Positions 31,214 to 41,227 are shown, counted from the first letter of the stretch. The stretch is DNA of 64,000 bases from an uncultured bacterium (GCA_963727255.1 CAVSFC010000002.1:640001-704000), one strand, 5' to 3'. Made by a program: numbers and translations. Notes: generated from the sequence alone by a model not told the origin.

Positions 31214-32269
31214 ATGAATTTACGGTATTTCTCTATTCTCTTGTTAACACTGAGCACGATCGTTCATGCGGATATCAAAGAAAATTTAAAGAAGAAGTTC
31301 TTTGCAAAAGAATCTGAGCAAGTTCAGAATAAAGTTCCGCTTGTTTTTCATAAAGATTACGATATCTCATTATTGGGCTTGGAAAAGTTACATCCCTTTG
31401 ATTCATGCAAGTATGGCAAAGTTTATGATTATTTAATAACACAAGCAGGTATTTCTAAAAACCGTTTTCATAAGCCTGAAATCGTCTCAGATGAAGATTT
31501 AGCTAAAGTACACTCGCAAGAATATTTGGATTCCCTTTCTAGTTCTGCGACGCTTGCTCGAATTACGGAAATTGGACTTCTTGCCTCAGTGCCAAATTTT
31601 TTATTAAAAAATTATTTATTGCATGCGATGAAGATGGCAACAGGCGGTACCATTCTTGGTGCAGACCTAGCCCTTGAAAAGGGATGGGCGATTAATCTTT
31701 CTGGCGGCTATCATCATGCAAAGCATGATTGTGGCGGTGGATTTTGTGCCTATGCTGATATTCCTTTAGCCATAACCAAAGTTCTTGAGAAAAATCCTAC
31801 CTATAAAGCAATGATTATTGATCTTGATGCTCATCAAGGCAATGGCCATGAAGATTTTTTTAAAGAGGAAGATCGTGTTGCTATTTTTGATGTGTATAAT
31901 TCTGAAATTTATCCGCATGATTATGCTGCGCGTACACGAATTGATTACAATTATCCGGTTGCAAGCGGAATCGCTGATGAAGAATATTTGAAGCTTTTAG
32001 CAGAGAAATTGCCTGCAGCATTAGATGAATCCAAGCCAAATTTTATAATCTATAATGCTGGTTCAGATATTTTTGAAGAAGATCCGCTTGGCAGAATGAA
32101 AATTTCTGCTCAGGGGATTATCAAGCGCGATGAGCTTGTTTTTAAATTCGCACGTGAACGCAATATTCCAATTCTGATGGTGCTTTCTGGCGGCTACACA
32201 AAAAAGAGTGCCGGCATCATTGGTAAATCAATTGAGAATATTCTTAAAAATGTGCTAAAAGTAAGCTAG
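31214..32269 (+). CDS. Secreted HDAC11-like deacylase
   Basis: Signal peptide; GLEKLHPFD, GGYHHA..GGGFCAYADI, DLDAHQGNG, YNAGSD, SGGY. Confidence 0.92.
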   Translation: MNLRYFSILLLTLSTIVHADIKENLKKKFFAKESEQVQNKVPLVFHKDYDISLLGLEKLHPFDSCKYGKVYDYLITQAGISKNRFHKPEIVSDEDLAKVHSQEYLDSLSSSATLARITEIGLLASVPNFLLKNYLLHAMKMATGGTILGADLALEKGWAINLSGGYHHAKHDCGGGFCAYADIPLAITKVLEKNPTYKAMIIDLDAHQGNGHEDFFKEEDRVAIFDVYNSEIYPHDYAARTRIDYNYPVASGIADEEYLKLLAEKLPAALDESKPNFIIYNAGSDIFEEDPLGRMKISAQGIIKRDELVFKFARERNIPILMVLSGGYTKKSAGIIGKSIENILKNVLKVS

Positions 32270-33801
32270 AAGATCAAGTTCATCGTGAATAATGCGGTGG
32301 TACTATTATATGCATTGCGCACATGGAACATTTGCTGCCATAAGAAGCCAAGAGCTAAATTTGGGGAAATATCATAGGTGAACGCAATGTTGCCCAATTG
32401 CACGCGCCATACCGTGTTCGGGCATTTTGCTTGTGGGTTCTGATCATCAATTGCTAAAAATGCCGGATCATTATCAAGAATCGTTATGCAATCTTTGCGG
32501 TGATGCACATACACCCATTGGAAATAGAATGAAAGCCGATCAAGAAAATGATATGCCGCAAGTTTTCCTGCAACATAAGCGCTGTCTCCAGGCTTCACAC
32601 TCACGTTTGTTGCAAAAGGGAAAATACCACTTTGCATCACATTGGTTGCTAGGCGGAAATTAGTAAAATCTTTTTTGAAGAAGTGGCTATATCCAACTTC
32701 TCCGCCCACTTCTACTGTTTCAGCAAAATCAAAATTCATACCGACGTTAAAGTTAACACTATTGCTTCCATTATTCCCAAAAGGCAATGAGAAAATTACC
32801 GACGGCTCTTTTGGGTGACCCGTTGCGATACCACCGCCAAGCCGAAAGAATGGAATGAGTAATAATCGAGCCCAGCTCAAATCACGATTAAAATTGATAA
32901 CATGCGCGTGCCGCCAATAGAGCGAAACGAACATATCTTCAAATCCCCATTTAGTAAAATTGCAAATGTTCATGCCCAGTTGTTTGGCCAGTGGAACAAG
33001 TTGTTCATAGAGATAACAATTAACGGCTGCAGCGGTGAATTGATTCCCTGCGCAAGCGACTCCAGTACTGCCAGCGGTGGTTAAATTAGTAAAACATGGA
33101 TTGAGAACTTGGCTAATTTCAACCACGCCACCCTGAAATTGTAGTCCGAAGTCACCGCAAATTTGTGCTTCTATATCCCAGCGTATTCCCCGTTTGCGAT
33201 ATTTGAGCGGAACTGATAGATACCCAAATCTCGGGTCGCAGGGATCATTAGTTGTAATATCGATTTGATTTGAAGTTACTTGGCCAGGAGGAGTTCCGGA
33301 GAATAATCCACCAAATGCGGTTGCATACAAGGGATCGCTTGCAAGATTAAATTCATTGGGAAATTGACCAGCGAGAAGACCCAATAGATTCCAGCGGCCA
33401 TCAATATCACCAAGCGGAATCGCATTTGAGCATAAGTTGCAGGTAGAGGGAACTACCGAGTTGCTGCAGATAATCTGATTGCATTGCCCAACACAGCTAT
33501 TGGTAATAAAATCAGGAATTTTGCAGTAAGTTCCAGAAAGAGTTTTTGCAGTTGTTGCATTTTGGCCGAATGGTGAGATTGAGATCATGATGCGTTCGGG
33601 GGTTCCCTTTTCATCTGGCATGCCAAACATCAATTGTTTTTCACGTTCGTATAAAAAATATTGCGGGTCAACAGAAGTATACATGGGATAGGGATCATTG
33701 CGTGCATTCGAGGCCCATGCGTGAAGCGTATCGGAGTAGAAACTAAGGGCAAAGATTGTAGTTATTAATAAGATCGGGCGATGCTTTTTTACTACCGACA
33801 T
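32266..33801 (-). CDS. Cys-rich exported protein, probable outer-membrane beta-barrel
   Basis: Signal peptide, alternating aromatic beta strands, C-terminal Phe, many Cys. Confidence 0.6.
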   Translation of the reverse strand: MSVVKKHRPILLITTIFALSFYSDTLHAWASNARNDPYPMYTSVDPQYFLYEREKQLMFGMPDEKGTPERIMISISPFGQNATTAKTLSGTYCKIPDFITNSCVGQCNQIICSNSVVPSTCNLCSNAIPLGDIDGRWNLLGLLAGQFPNEFNLASDPLYATAFGGLFSGTPPGQVTSNQIDITTNDPCDPRFGYLSVPLKYRKRGIRWDIEAQICGDFGLQFQGGVVEISQVLNPCFTNLTTAGSTGVACAGNQFTAAAVNCYLYEQLVPLAKQLGMNICNFTKWGFEDMFVSLYWRHAHVINFNRDLSWARLLLIPFFRLGGGIATGHPKEPSVIFSLPFGNNGSNSVNFNVGMNFDFAETVEVGGEVGYSHFFKKDFTNFRLATNVMQSGIFPFATNVSVKPGDSAYVAGKLAAYHFLDRLSFYFQWVYVHHRKDCITILDNDPAFLAIDDQNPQAKCPNTVWRVQLGNIAFTYDISPNLALGFLWQQMFHVRNAYNSTTALFTMNLIF

Positions 33802-33927
33802 TTGCTATCCTTTTGTTTTTTTAATCTTATATGGATTAGGTATAGCACCTTTATTCTAAAGTCGTCAAATTTTGCAGTTGTGGCTTCGCGCCACGTATGT
33901 TAAATGATTAAGTTTTTTTTATGTTCT

Positions 33928-34352
33928 CGTTCGTTTCGAGCGAAGCCTTTAGGCTGAGTCGAGAAATGCAAATCTTTTTTAATAAAAGTTATTTTTAGTA
34001 ATAGTTTGCGCCTCCCGCGCAGGGGCAGGGTGCCAGTGCGGGCACCCTTGCATCCCCCGCACCAAGGCTTCGCCTTTGGAATCCTAACGGCGCTTATGCC
34101 GGCGACAGACAGCCGAAGGCTTTCTTGCCGCCTCTCCACACTCCTGCAGCAGCTCCGCTGCCTTAGTCGGTGTCGCGATCGCCTGAATTGGAATTAAACG
34201 TTTTATAGTAAGAACGCTAAGGACTTGGGGATTTTGCGTGGGCACGTTACCCCACGATTTTTTAATTGCTTCGCAATTTGCAAAATACGCGTAGGAACTT
34301 TTATCCTCAAGCATTTCTCGACTTAGCCTAAAGGCTTCGCTCGAAACGAACG
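33928..34352. repeat. 42-bp inverted repeat pair (33928-33969 / 34311-34352)
   Basis: 41/42 identity in inverted orientation; each arm is itself a hairpin. Confidence 0.9.
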
Positions 34353-34616
34353 GAAATTAAATAAGTATTTCCCATACTTGATCATCGACGCGATTGGAGC
34401 GCGAAGCGCGAGGTCGTGAGTTGATCAAGGTTTAGGGATGGCAAAGGGAACCGTCCCTTTGCTGCAACTTTTGGGTTGCAAGGGGGTTTTTTGCATGAAA
34501 ACCCCCTTTGCCCACGCGTCCAGCCTTCGCATAAAGCTTCGGCGGACAGGCTGGGAAGCGCCAAACCAAAAAACTTGGATGAAAAAATCCCTGCCGCATG
34601 CGCCGCGCAGGCACAA
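34006..34616. mobile_element. Large GC-rich multi-hairpin MITE-like/structured element, copy A
   Basis: Imperfect terminal inverted repeats; left ~70 nt nearly identical to 43598-43667. Confidence 0.55.
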
Positions 34617-34721
34617 GACTATTCAAATATATAAAGGTAACATTGTAAATAAGCATAAAAAATAAAAAACTGATATACTCTTATTAATTTGAATTTTATC
34701 CAAATAATTTTTTGCAAAATT

Positions 34722-34976
34722 ATGAACTACTGCTTATATTACCAAGCGCTTGTCGATAAAACATTTTGTTGGTACGTCGTAGCAATCTTAAAAAGCTACG
34801 AACATCTGGCTTTTGATCGCACTCTTGATACTCAAAAAAATCTTTTTGAATTTTACGTGCCCGAATCTCGGGAACAGGAATTTTTAAAATTGATGAGCTA
34901 TTTTGAAGCACTTCATTTAGTAAATAATCTACAAAAACTGCCCAATCGATTGGCCGATCCATCTCAAGAATTATAA
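34722..34976 (+). CDS. Small conserved protein (DUF4911-like)
   Basis: 'ILKSYEHLAFDRTLD...FEFYVP' pattern. Confidence 0.55.
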   Translation: MNYCLYYQALVDKTFCWYVVAILKSYEHLAFDRTLDTQKNLFEFYVPESREQEFLKLMSYFEALHLVNNLQKLPNRLADPSQEL

Positions 34977-35408
34977 GGTTTTATTTTGAGATTCTATTGT
35001 TTTTATAATATGCGACATGCAAGTGTGATATTCTTCAATGTCAGGAAGAATCTGACGCACTTGTTGAATATCATAACAATGAGAAGTAATATTTCGATCA
35101 TCAGCCATTCTTATTAAAATTTCGCCTTCAGCGATAGAGCATATTCTAAGACTTACACAAGCTCGAAAAACTGATTTGGGGCTTTTTATCTCATCAGGGT
35201 TCATTTCAATAACATTTTCTAAAAAAAGCTTCAAGAATTTCCAAAAACTATCATAGGAGTATTCGAAGCGTTGGATTATTGAATCTTGTGCTGCGAGAAT
35301 AAATTCTGGGCGATTTTCTTTTTCTGCTTGTTGGGCAACAGCAAAAGCCTCATGTAAAGTTTTTAATGCTCGTTTTACTAGATCATGCGATTTTTTTAGT
35401 TTTTCCAT
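34971..35408 (-). CDS. HEPN toxin (HI0074 nucleotidyltransferase substrate-binding family)
   Basis: 'DSIIQRFEYSY', 'SPKSVFR', RX4HxY motif RNITSHCY. Confidence 0.88.
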   Translation of the reverse strand: MEKLKKSHDLVKRALKTLHEAFAVAQQAEKENRPEFILAAQDSIIQRFEYSYDSFWKFLKLFLENVIEMNPDEIKSPKSVFRACVSLRICSIAEGEILIRMADDRNITSHCYDIQQVRQILPDIEEYHTCMSHIIKTIESQNKTL

Positions 35409-35698
35409 ACGATCCCTTTTTTAAGAATCACCTCTTTAAAGCTTTTTTCAATGCTGTTTAAATCAACAATATCAACATTAAGCGGGATAGTAAGATTTTC
35501 CATTGTATTTTGCATGCGAACTATTTCTCGTGGGTGTATTGGTTTGCCATCATTATCGATTGCAATATCAATATCAGATTCTTCTTTTGCCTTTCCCCAT
35601 GCGCGCGAGCCAAATAATATGATTTTGGCATTAGGAAAATGATATTCTACTGCATGAATCACTTCTTTTTTATATTTCGGATTTATTTGTTCAGTCAT
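35396..35698 (-). CDS. MNT nucleotidyltransferase antitoxin
   Basis: GS-X10-DID motif, 'VDIVDL'; overlaps the HEPN gene. Confidence 0.88.
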   Translation of the reverse strand: MTEQINPKYKKEVIHAVEYHFPNAKIILFGSRAWGKAKEESDIDIAIDNDGKPIHPREIVRMQNTMENLTIPLNVDIVDLNSIEKSFKEVILKKGIVWKN

Positions 35699-35812
35699 GA
35701 TTTATCCTTTATATTATTAAAACAATGTTACCGAACATAAAAAAATAGACTAGTCTGCAGCACCAATCTTAAAAGTATTTTAAACAGCAAGAGATTAAAT
35801 CATCAGTTTACT

Positions 35813-36184
35813 ATGAACAAAAAAATTTCCGTCTCAACCCGATTCCATTCATGGGCTGAAAATGATTTTTCATTATCGCTCGATCTTAATGAGCTGGTGA
35901 TTAAACATCCGGCTGCTACTTTTTTTATGCGCGTAAAAGGGGATGGGATGCTCGATGCAGGAATTTCATCTGATGATATTTTGGTGGTTGATCGTGCGCT
36001 TTCAATGTCTAATCATAAAATTATTGTCGCGCGATTGGATGGGGAGCTGGTGGTGCGGCGCGTGCTTTTGGCAAATGGCTGTTTAATGCTCGTTGATAGC
36101 AAAAATAGCGAACCATTGGTGGTAAACGCAGAACGAGATTTTGAGGTGTGGGGTGTTGTTACCTATATTATCCGGCAAACCTAA
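35813..36184 (+). CDS. umuD: UmuD-like S24 protein lacking the catalytic Ser/Lys dyad
   Basis: '[19 protein letters not shown]', 'VWGVV'; GDGM instead of GDSM, VVRR instead of TVKR. Confidence 0.85.
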   Translation: MNKKISVSTRFHSWAENDFSLSLDLNELVIKHPAATFFMRVKGDGMLDAGISSDDILVVDRALSMSNHKIIVARLDGELVVRRVLLANGCLMLVDSKNSEPLVVNAERDFEVWGVVTYIIRQT

Positions 36185-37460
36185 ACGGATTGTGCTGGTT
36201 GATTGCAATAATTTCTTTGTATCATGCGAGCGGGTGTTTGATCCGACTTTAATCGGCAAACCGGTAGTGGTGCTTTCGAGTAATGATGGCTGCGTGGTTG
36301 CACGTTCAAATGAAGCCAAAGCGCTCGATATTCCCATGGGTGCGCCTGCCTTTCAATATGTTGATCTTTTTAAAAAGCATAGTGTGATACTTTTTTCATC
36401 AAACTTTTCATTATATGGCGATATGTCATCGCGCGTGATGCAGATTGTGGCGCAAGAAGCGACTGAGATTGAAGTATACTCGGTTGATGAAGCTTTTTTG
36501 CATATTGTAGACTTTGGCCATGAGCACGATGCTGCTTATTATGCGGCACGCGCTCAACTCATGATTCGCAAAGTTAAACAATATACCGGTATTCCCATTT
36601 CAGTAGGAATTGGGCCGACCAAAACACTTGCAAAGATTGCTAACAAAATTGCAAAAAAAAATCCTCAGTTTGGCGGATGCTTCGATATCACCGATCATCC
36701 GGATAGTGATGCATGGCTTGAAAAAATTCCGGTCGGTGATGTCTGGGGCGTTGGTCGGCGCTATGCAAAAATGTTGCTTGGGCACACTATTACCACGGCG
36801 CGTGATTTAAAATATGCGCCCGATGCATGGGTGAGAAAAAAGATGACAATTAACGGTTTGCGCATGGTGCATGAATTGCGCGGCATTCCTTGCTATAAAG
36901 TTGATGAAGAGGTTGAGCCCAATCAGAGTATTACCGTATCGCGCTCATTTGGTAAACCGGTCACTACGTTGCACCATTTGCAGGAGGCTGCCTCTACGCA
37001 TGCGGCATCGGGTGCACGCAAATTACGCCAGCAAGGCTTAATCGCCGGGCATGTAACGGTATTTGTAATGATCAGATATTATCAGGATGATCAGCGCTAT
37101 TTTGATAGTGCCAGCATAAATCTGCCCGTTGCAAGCTCCTATTCGCCCAGCATTATTAGTGCTGCTAAAAAGTGCGTAAAACAGCTCTATAAACCAGGGG
37201 CAATCTATAAAAAGGTTGGCATCATCCTGAATGATCTGGTTGACCAAACCTGCATGCAAATGAACCTCTATGAGCCGGGCAGGGATACTGCTAAGCAATC
37301 CGGGGCTATGGCTGCTTTTGACCGGGTTACCACCAAATGGGGGACTGATAAGCTTACCTTTGCCGCTACTGGAGTAGACCATCCCTGGCAGGTTAAAAAA
37401 GAGAAGAAATCACCCTGTTTTACCACCAGTTGGCATGAATTGCCTACCGTTAAGAGTTAA
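36156..37460 (+). CDS. umuC: Y-family DNA polymerase V subunit
   Basis: [28 protein letters not shown]-terminal SP.FTT.W.EL; start likely TTG 36156 or GTG 36153. Confidence 0.93.
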   Translation: MLPILSGKPKRIVLVDCNNFFVSCERVFDPTLIGKPVVVLSSNDGCVVARSNEAKALDIPMGAPAFQYVDLFKKHSVILFSSNFSLYGDMSSRVMQIVAQEATEIEVYSVDEAFLHIVDFGHEHDAAYYAARAQLMIRKVKQYTGIPISVGIGPTKTLAKIANKIAKKNPQFGGCFDITDHPDSDAWLEKIPVGDVWGVGRRYAKMLLGHTITTARDLKYAPDAWVRKKMTINGLRMVHELRGIPCYKVDEEVEPNQSITVSRSFGKPVTTLHHLQEAASTHAASGARKLRQQGLIAGHVTVFVMIRYYQDDQRYFDSASINLPVASSYSPSIISAAKKCVKQLYKPGAIYKKVGIILNDLVDQTCMQMNLYEPGRDTAKQSGAMAAFDRVTTKWGTDKLTFAATGVDHPWQVKKEKKSPCFTTSWHELPTVKS

Positions 37461-37495
37461 TCTTTTCATGTAGAAATTATTACAAATAGAAATAA

Positions 37496-37523
37496 TTGAC
37501 ATGGTTGTTACAGGTGGTAAAAT
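37496..37523 (+). promoter_or_regulatory. sigma70 promoter with extended -10 for the secreted-protein cluster
   Basis: TTGACA-16 nt (ending TGG)-TAAAAT. Confidence 0.65.
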
Positions 37524-37575
37524 TAAAGAGAATGATTATAATTTGTTCATTAGAAATCAAATTTTAAGGGATAAG

Positions 37576-38112
37576 ATGAAAAAGTTAATGGCAATAATTG
37601 TATTATCTGCGATAGCAATGAATGTGTATGCGATGGGCAATCATTATGCAGCATATGATTATAGGGTTGAACTTGCTAAGCAGGATGTTGCGTTGGCCAA
37701 ATCTTTCGTTTATCCGATCGCCGCAATTTTCGCAGTTGGAATTGGAGGTTATTTTGTTTCGCATGTGTGGGAAAACTATTGTATATATTTAGAAAAACAT
37801 TCTAAAAATGTAGTTGCTTCCAATAATGGATCCTATGCATCAAGCTGGGCTCCGTATTTAAAAATTGGAGCAGGATTAGGCTTTGCAGCAATCTCAGCCT
37901 ATTTGGGATTAAAAGGAAATCATAATCAACCTATTGCTTATACCCATAAAAATGATGGGGGATTAACCATATTATCTCCAACATTAATTATAGCTAATGG
38001 TTCATCTTCTTTGGCTCCGCTTATTCCAGCTTTATTTTTCATAAAAAGTGGTTTTGAAGATTTAAGATTAGAAAAAAAGGCGCTGTTAAAATATCAAAGT
38101 AAAAAAAGTTAA
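37576..38112 (+). CDS. Secreted/membrane hypothetical protein (A|MG type)
   Basis: Signal peptide MKKLMAII...VYA|M, 2-3 hydrophobic segments. Confidence 0.65.
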   Translation: MKKLMAIIVLSAIAMNVYAMGNHYAAYDYRVELAKQDVALAKSFVYPIAAIFAVGIGGYFVSHVWENYCIYLEKHSKNVVASNNGSYASSWAPYLKIGAGLGFAAISAYLGLKGNHNQPIAYTHKNDGGLTILSPTLIIANGSSSLAPLIPALFFIKSGFEDLRLEKKALLKYQSKKS

Positions 38113-38146
38113 TAAAAATAATTAATAAGGAAATGGAGGTTTTATA

Positions 38147-39481
38147 ATGAATTCTACTAAAATGCTGCTTCTGTCGATTTTCATATCTGGAATGCTGGCA
38201 ATCTCTGCACTATCTGCAATGCAAATTACTGATGTTACCGGTAAACAAATTACTCTTACACAAGAGCAGCAGGATGCCTTTATGCGATGCGGCATTAAAC
38301 ATGCTGTTTCAAATTATGCAGGTGAACATAGTTATGAAGGCTTAGAGCTTCCATTTATGACCGCTGGCAATCTTGAAAACTTATTACAGCTGATTAATGA
38401 TACCAAACATCTTGAAACAATCAATGATGATACATCTATTGAGCTTTTTAAATTGGCAGATTATTTGCAAGCGCCGAAGGAAATCTTGGTGCAATTGGCA
38501 AAACGGATTTGCGAACCCATTACGAAATATTATAACCAGCTGCAAGAAAAATTGAAAAATAATCCACGTTTAAAAAAGTTGCAGCAGGCAGTTTTGGATT
38601 ATGCTTTATTGAAAGAAACAATTGAATTGTCTTTACCGATCTATCCAAGTTTTGCTTCATTTCTGAAGCATTTTCCAAAAGTAGGCAATACTCAAGAGCC
38701 TGATTTTATTAACAAAGGATTACTCAAACTTACCTTTCTAGCGCGAGCTGTCTTTGGAGAAGAATACAATTTAGATCTCTCTTTCAACAAAACAGATGAA
38801 ATACTCAAAACTAAAAAATCTATCGTATCTTTAGAGGGAATAGAGAAACTCGGTGAATATCCTTGGGCAAAGAAAGTGCGATTACTTGATCTGAGTGGGC
38901 ATAAAATTGAATCGGGAAGTGTAAAAAAACTTAAAAGTACTTTCCCGTCTCTCAAATTTATTATTTTGAAAAATAATGAAATTAAACAAATCGAAGATTT
39001 AATAGATGAGAATATAGAAGAGATCAGATTAGAAGGAAATCCAATACAAAAGATCTCTATCCGCAATCCTGAGCAATTTAACAAGACGAGAATTATTACT
39101 GATAATTTAAAAGAGGCTCCTCTCTTTAAGCAAAATCTCAAACAAAGAATTGCTGCTTGGGGACAATCTTTGATTGCAAAGAGTAAAGTAGCAATAAAAA
39201 CATCGCCTTATGCGCTGACCTCCCTGGGACTCTGTTTTTATGTGGGAGTGTTTGGCGGCGCCAGTAACATTGCTAAAAATACTTATTACTATCTTGGATA
39301 TGGGTGCTCGATATTGGCAGGGCTCTATCTGTGGGAGGAGGTAATGTCAGCGGAAATGCAGAACCTTAGGTCGAACGATCCGTACAGAATTCAGATTAAA
39401 TCAAAAAAATCTCAAGAAAATACTGAGAAAGTATGGGAATATCCATCACCGTATACGTATAACTTATTTGGCAAAAATTAA
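38147..39481 (+). CDS. Secreted Skp1/BTB-like + leucine-rich-repeat protein with C-terminal TM hairpin
   Basis: A|MQ signal; 'IELFKLADYLQ'; LRRs LDLSFNK, LDLSGHKI, LKNNEI, LEGNPI. Confidence 0.7.
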   Translation: MNSTKMLLLSIFISGMLAISALSAMQITDVTGKQITLTQEQQDAFMRCGIKHAVSNYAGEHSYEGLELPFMTAGNLENLLQLINDTKHLETINDDTSIELFKLADYLQAPKEILVQLAKRICEPITKYYNQLQEKLKNNPRLKKLQQAVLDYALLKETIELSLPIYPSFASFLKHFPKVGNTQEPDFINKGLLKLTFLARAVFGEEYNLDLSFNKTDEILKTKKSIVSLEGIEKLGEYPWAKKVRLLDLSGHKIESGSVKKLKSTFPSLKFIILKNNEIKQIEDLIDENIEEIRLEGNPIQKISIRNPEQFNKTRIITDNLKEAPLFKQNLKQRIAAWGQSLIAKSKVAIKTSPYALTSLGLCFYVGVFGGASNIAKNTYYYLGYGCSILAGLYLWEEVMSAEMQNLRSNDPYRIQIKSKKSQENTEKVWEYPSPYTYNLFGKN

Positions 39482-39514
39482 TTTAAATTAAATGGGGAAA
39501 TGGAGGTTTTACTC

Positions 39515-40192
39515 ATGAAATTAGTCAATAAATCAAAGATACTAACGCTTGGTTTTTTAACCATGCTTACATTCTCGAATACCGTTGAAGGCATGGCATG
39601 GGCCCGCTCATGGTTGCCAAGTTTTACAACTCAAAAAGCAGCAACGCAGGAGCAAATTAATACTGCTAAATCATGTCCAATTTGTTTGGAAGATTTTAAA
39701 GAAAATGAATCGTTAACAACTCTTAATTGTGATGAAAATGTGCCTCATATTTTTCATAAAGAATGTTTGGACAGCTCAATTAATGCTGGTGATGAAAAAT
39801 GCCCGATATGCCGCAAGACACTCCCGATGACATCAAGAGTGATAAAAAATATTATTAAAAAGTATAATCCGGTAACCAGTGAAAATTTAAAAGTATTTAG
39901 TATACACGTTGCCACAGGAACTGCTTTTCTTTGTGCGCAAAAATCCTATTGTATGTTAATGCAACAGCCAAAATATTTTGAATTTAATGTTAGGAATGTA
40001 ATACATTATTCTTCAGTCGCTTTTTTATTTTCAAAACTTGCGCATCGATTACATCTTTCACCCCACCAAGCGGCATTGTTAGGGACAATTGGCGCACGGT
40101 TAGTTATCATGCCATTTTTGCAAATGACAGATAACAATGGACAAACCTATACCACACTTGCGGCACAATGGCTTACTCGCTTGAGATCATAA
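39515..40192 (+). CDS. Secreted RING-H2 domain protein (putative E3 ligase)
   Basis: CPIC...C...HIFHKEC...CPICR (C3H2C3); signal peptide. Confidence 0.88.
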   Translation: MKLVNKSKILTLGFLTMLTFSNTVEGMAWARSWLPSFTTQKAATQEQINTAKSCPICLEDFKENESLTTLNCDENVPHIFHKECLDSSINAGDEKCPICRKTLPMTSRVIKNIIKKYNPVTSENLKVFSIHVATGTAFLCAQKSYCMLMQQPKYFEFNVRNVIHYSSVAFLFSKLAHRLHLSPHQAALLGTIGARLVIMPFLQMTDNNGQTYTTLAAQWLTRLRS

Positions 40193-40252
40193 AAAACGAG
40201 AAAATCTTGTGAAAATATTCAATATAAAGAAATTAATTTAGATCGGATAAAC

Positions 40253-41227
40253 ATGACTAAAAAAATTATACTATTGTTCATCCTCATATCAATTATCTTT
40301 GCAGGCAAACATTCTTCAGCGATGTTGCCGAAGCAAAATTCTGGCTTTACGACAAAAGAATTAAGAAAGAAATTAGGAAAAACGATTGGTTTTCTAGTTC
40401 CAAGTGCACGGTTTTTTTATGAAGGATTGTTAGATCTTCATGACGTTTATTCAAAAGATCATTCTTGGAATGAACTCACTACAATTGAAACTGGTTGCTC
40501 GATGAATGATGATTATATGAGAATATTCAAAGAAGTTGGTGCTGCTATGCATGTATCACCTGAAACAAAAATAGGATACAGTAGTCATCTCGCTTTCTGG
40601 GGCTCTCCTGCATCTGCGGGGCATAAGACTTTGTGTCTTTCACCTTCTTCTAGAGTATTTGATTTTTTTTCTCCTGATGAACATAAATTTATTATTGGAC
40701 ATGAATGCAGCCACATAAATCATAATGACATGCATGTTAAGGGGTTACTGAACATAAGTATTCCTTTTATTTCTTATGGCTTAATGCGGACTTATGAATA
40801 TTTTTCAAGTAAATTCATTAAATTTATTCAGAATAAATATACAAAAGATTATGAAAGCGCAAGTGAAATGCTCTGGAGGCTCAAACGGCTTAATAAAATC
40901 ATAAGCCGATCATGGGTTGCCCATTATGCTTTAAATGTATGTTTGAATAATACAATTTCAAAATATATTGAGTCTCGCGCTGATTATGAAGCTGCCCAAA
41001 TGCTCAATAATCCTGAAGCCGGCATATCATTCTTTAATAAGCTAAAAACACCCGGTTTTGTTGAGCTGGTATCCAATGAAAGAAATGAAGCTTCCAATAA
41101 AATAAAGCAAACAATTTTTGAAAAAGCGTATTTGTCTTGCAAAAATTTTGATCGTTATATTACAGATGAACATCCACCAGTTAATGATCGTATCAAGGCA
41201 TTAGCAGCTTTACTTCCAAAGAAGTGA
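40253..41227 (+). CDS. Secreted M48 family zinc metallopeptidase
   Basis: GHECSH (HExxH), ESRAD, HPP..DRI; A|ML signal. Confidence 0.85.
   Translation: MTKKIILLFILISIIFAGKHSSAMLPKQNSGFTTKELRKKLGKTIGFLVPSARFFYEGLLDLHDVYSKDHSWNELTTIETGCSMNDDYMRIFKEVGAAMHVSPETKIGYSSHLAFWGSPASAGHKTLCLSPSSRVFDFFSPDEHKFIIGHECSHINHNDMHVKGLLNISIPFISYGLMRTYEYFSSKFIKFIQNKYTKDYESASEMLWRLKRLNKIISRSWVAHYALNVCLNNTISKYIESRADYEAAQMLNNPEAGISFFNKLKTPGFVELVSNERNEASNKIKQTIFEKAYLSCKNFDRYITDEHPPVNDRIKALAALLPKK

Noticed and set aside
33900..34665. Short ORFs in both large GC-rich elements (also 43539-43904)
   Set aside because: By-products of GC-rich palindromes; no RBS, domain motifs or host-like composition.
35699..35812. LexA box upstream of umuD
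   Set aside because: No convincing CTGT-N8-ACAG or GAAC-N4-GTTC palindrome is visible; a lineage-specific box cannot be excluded.
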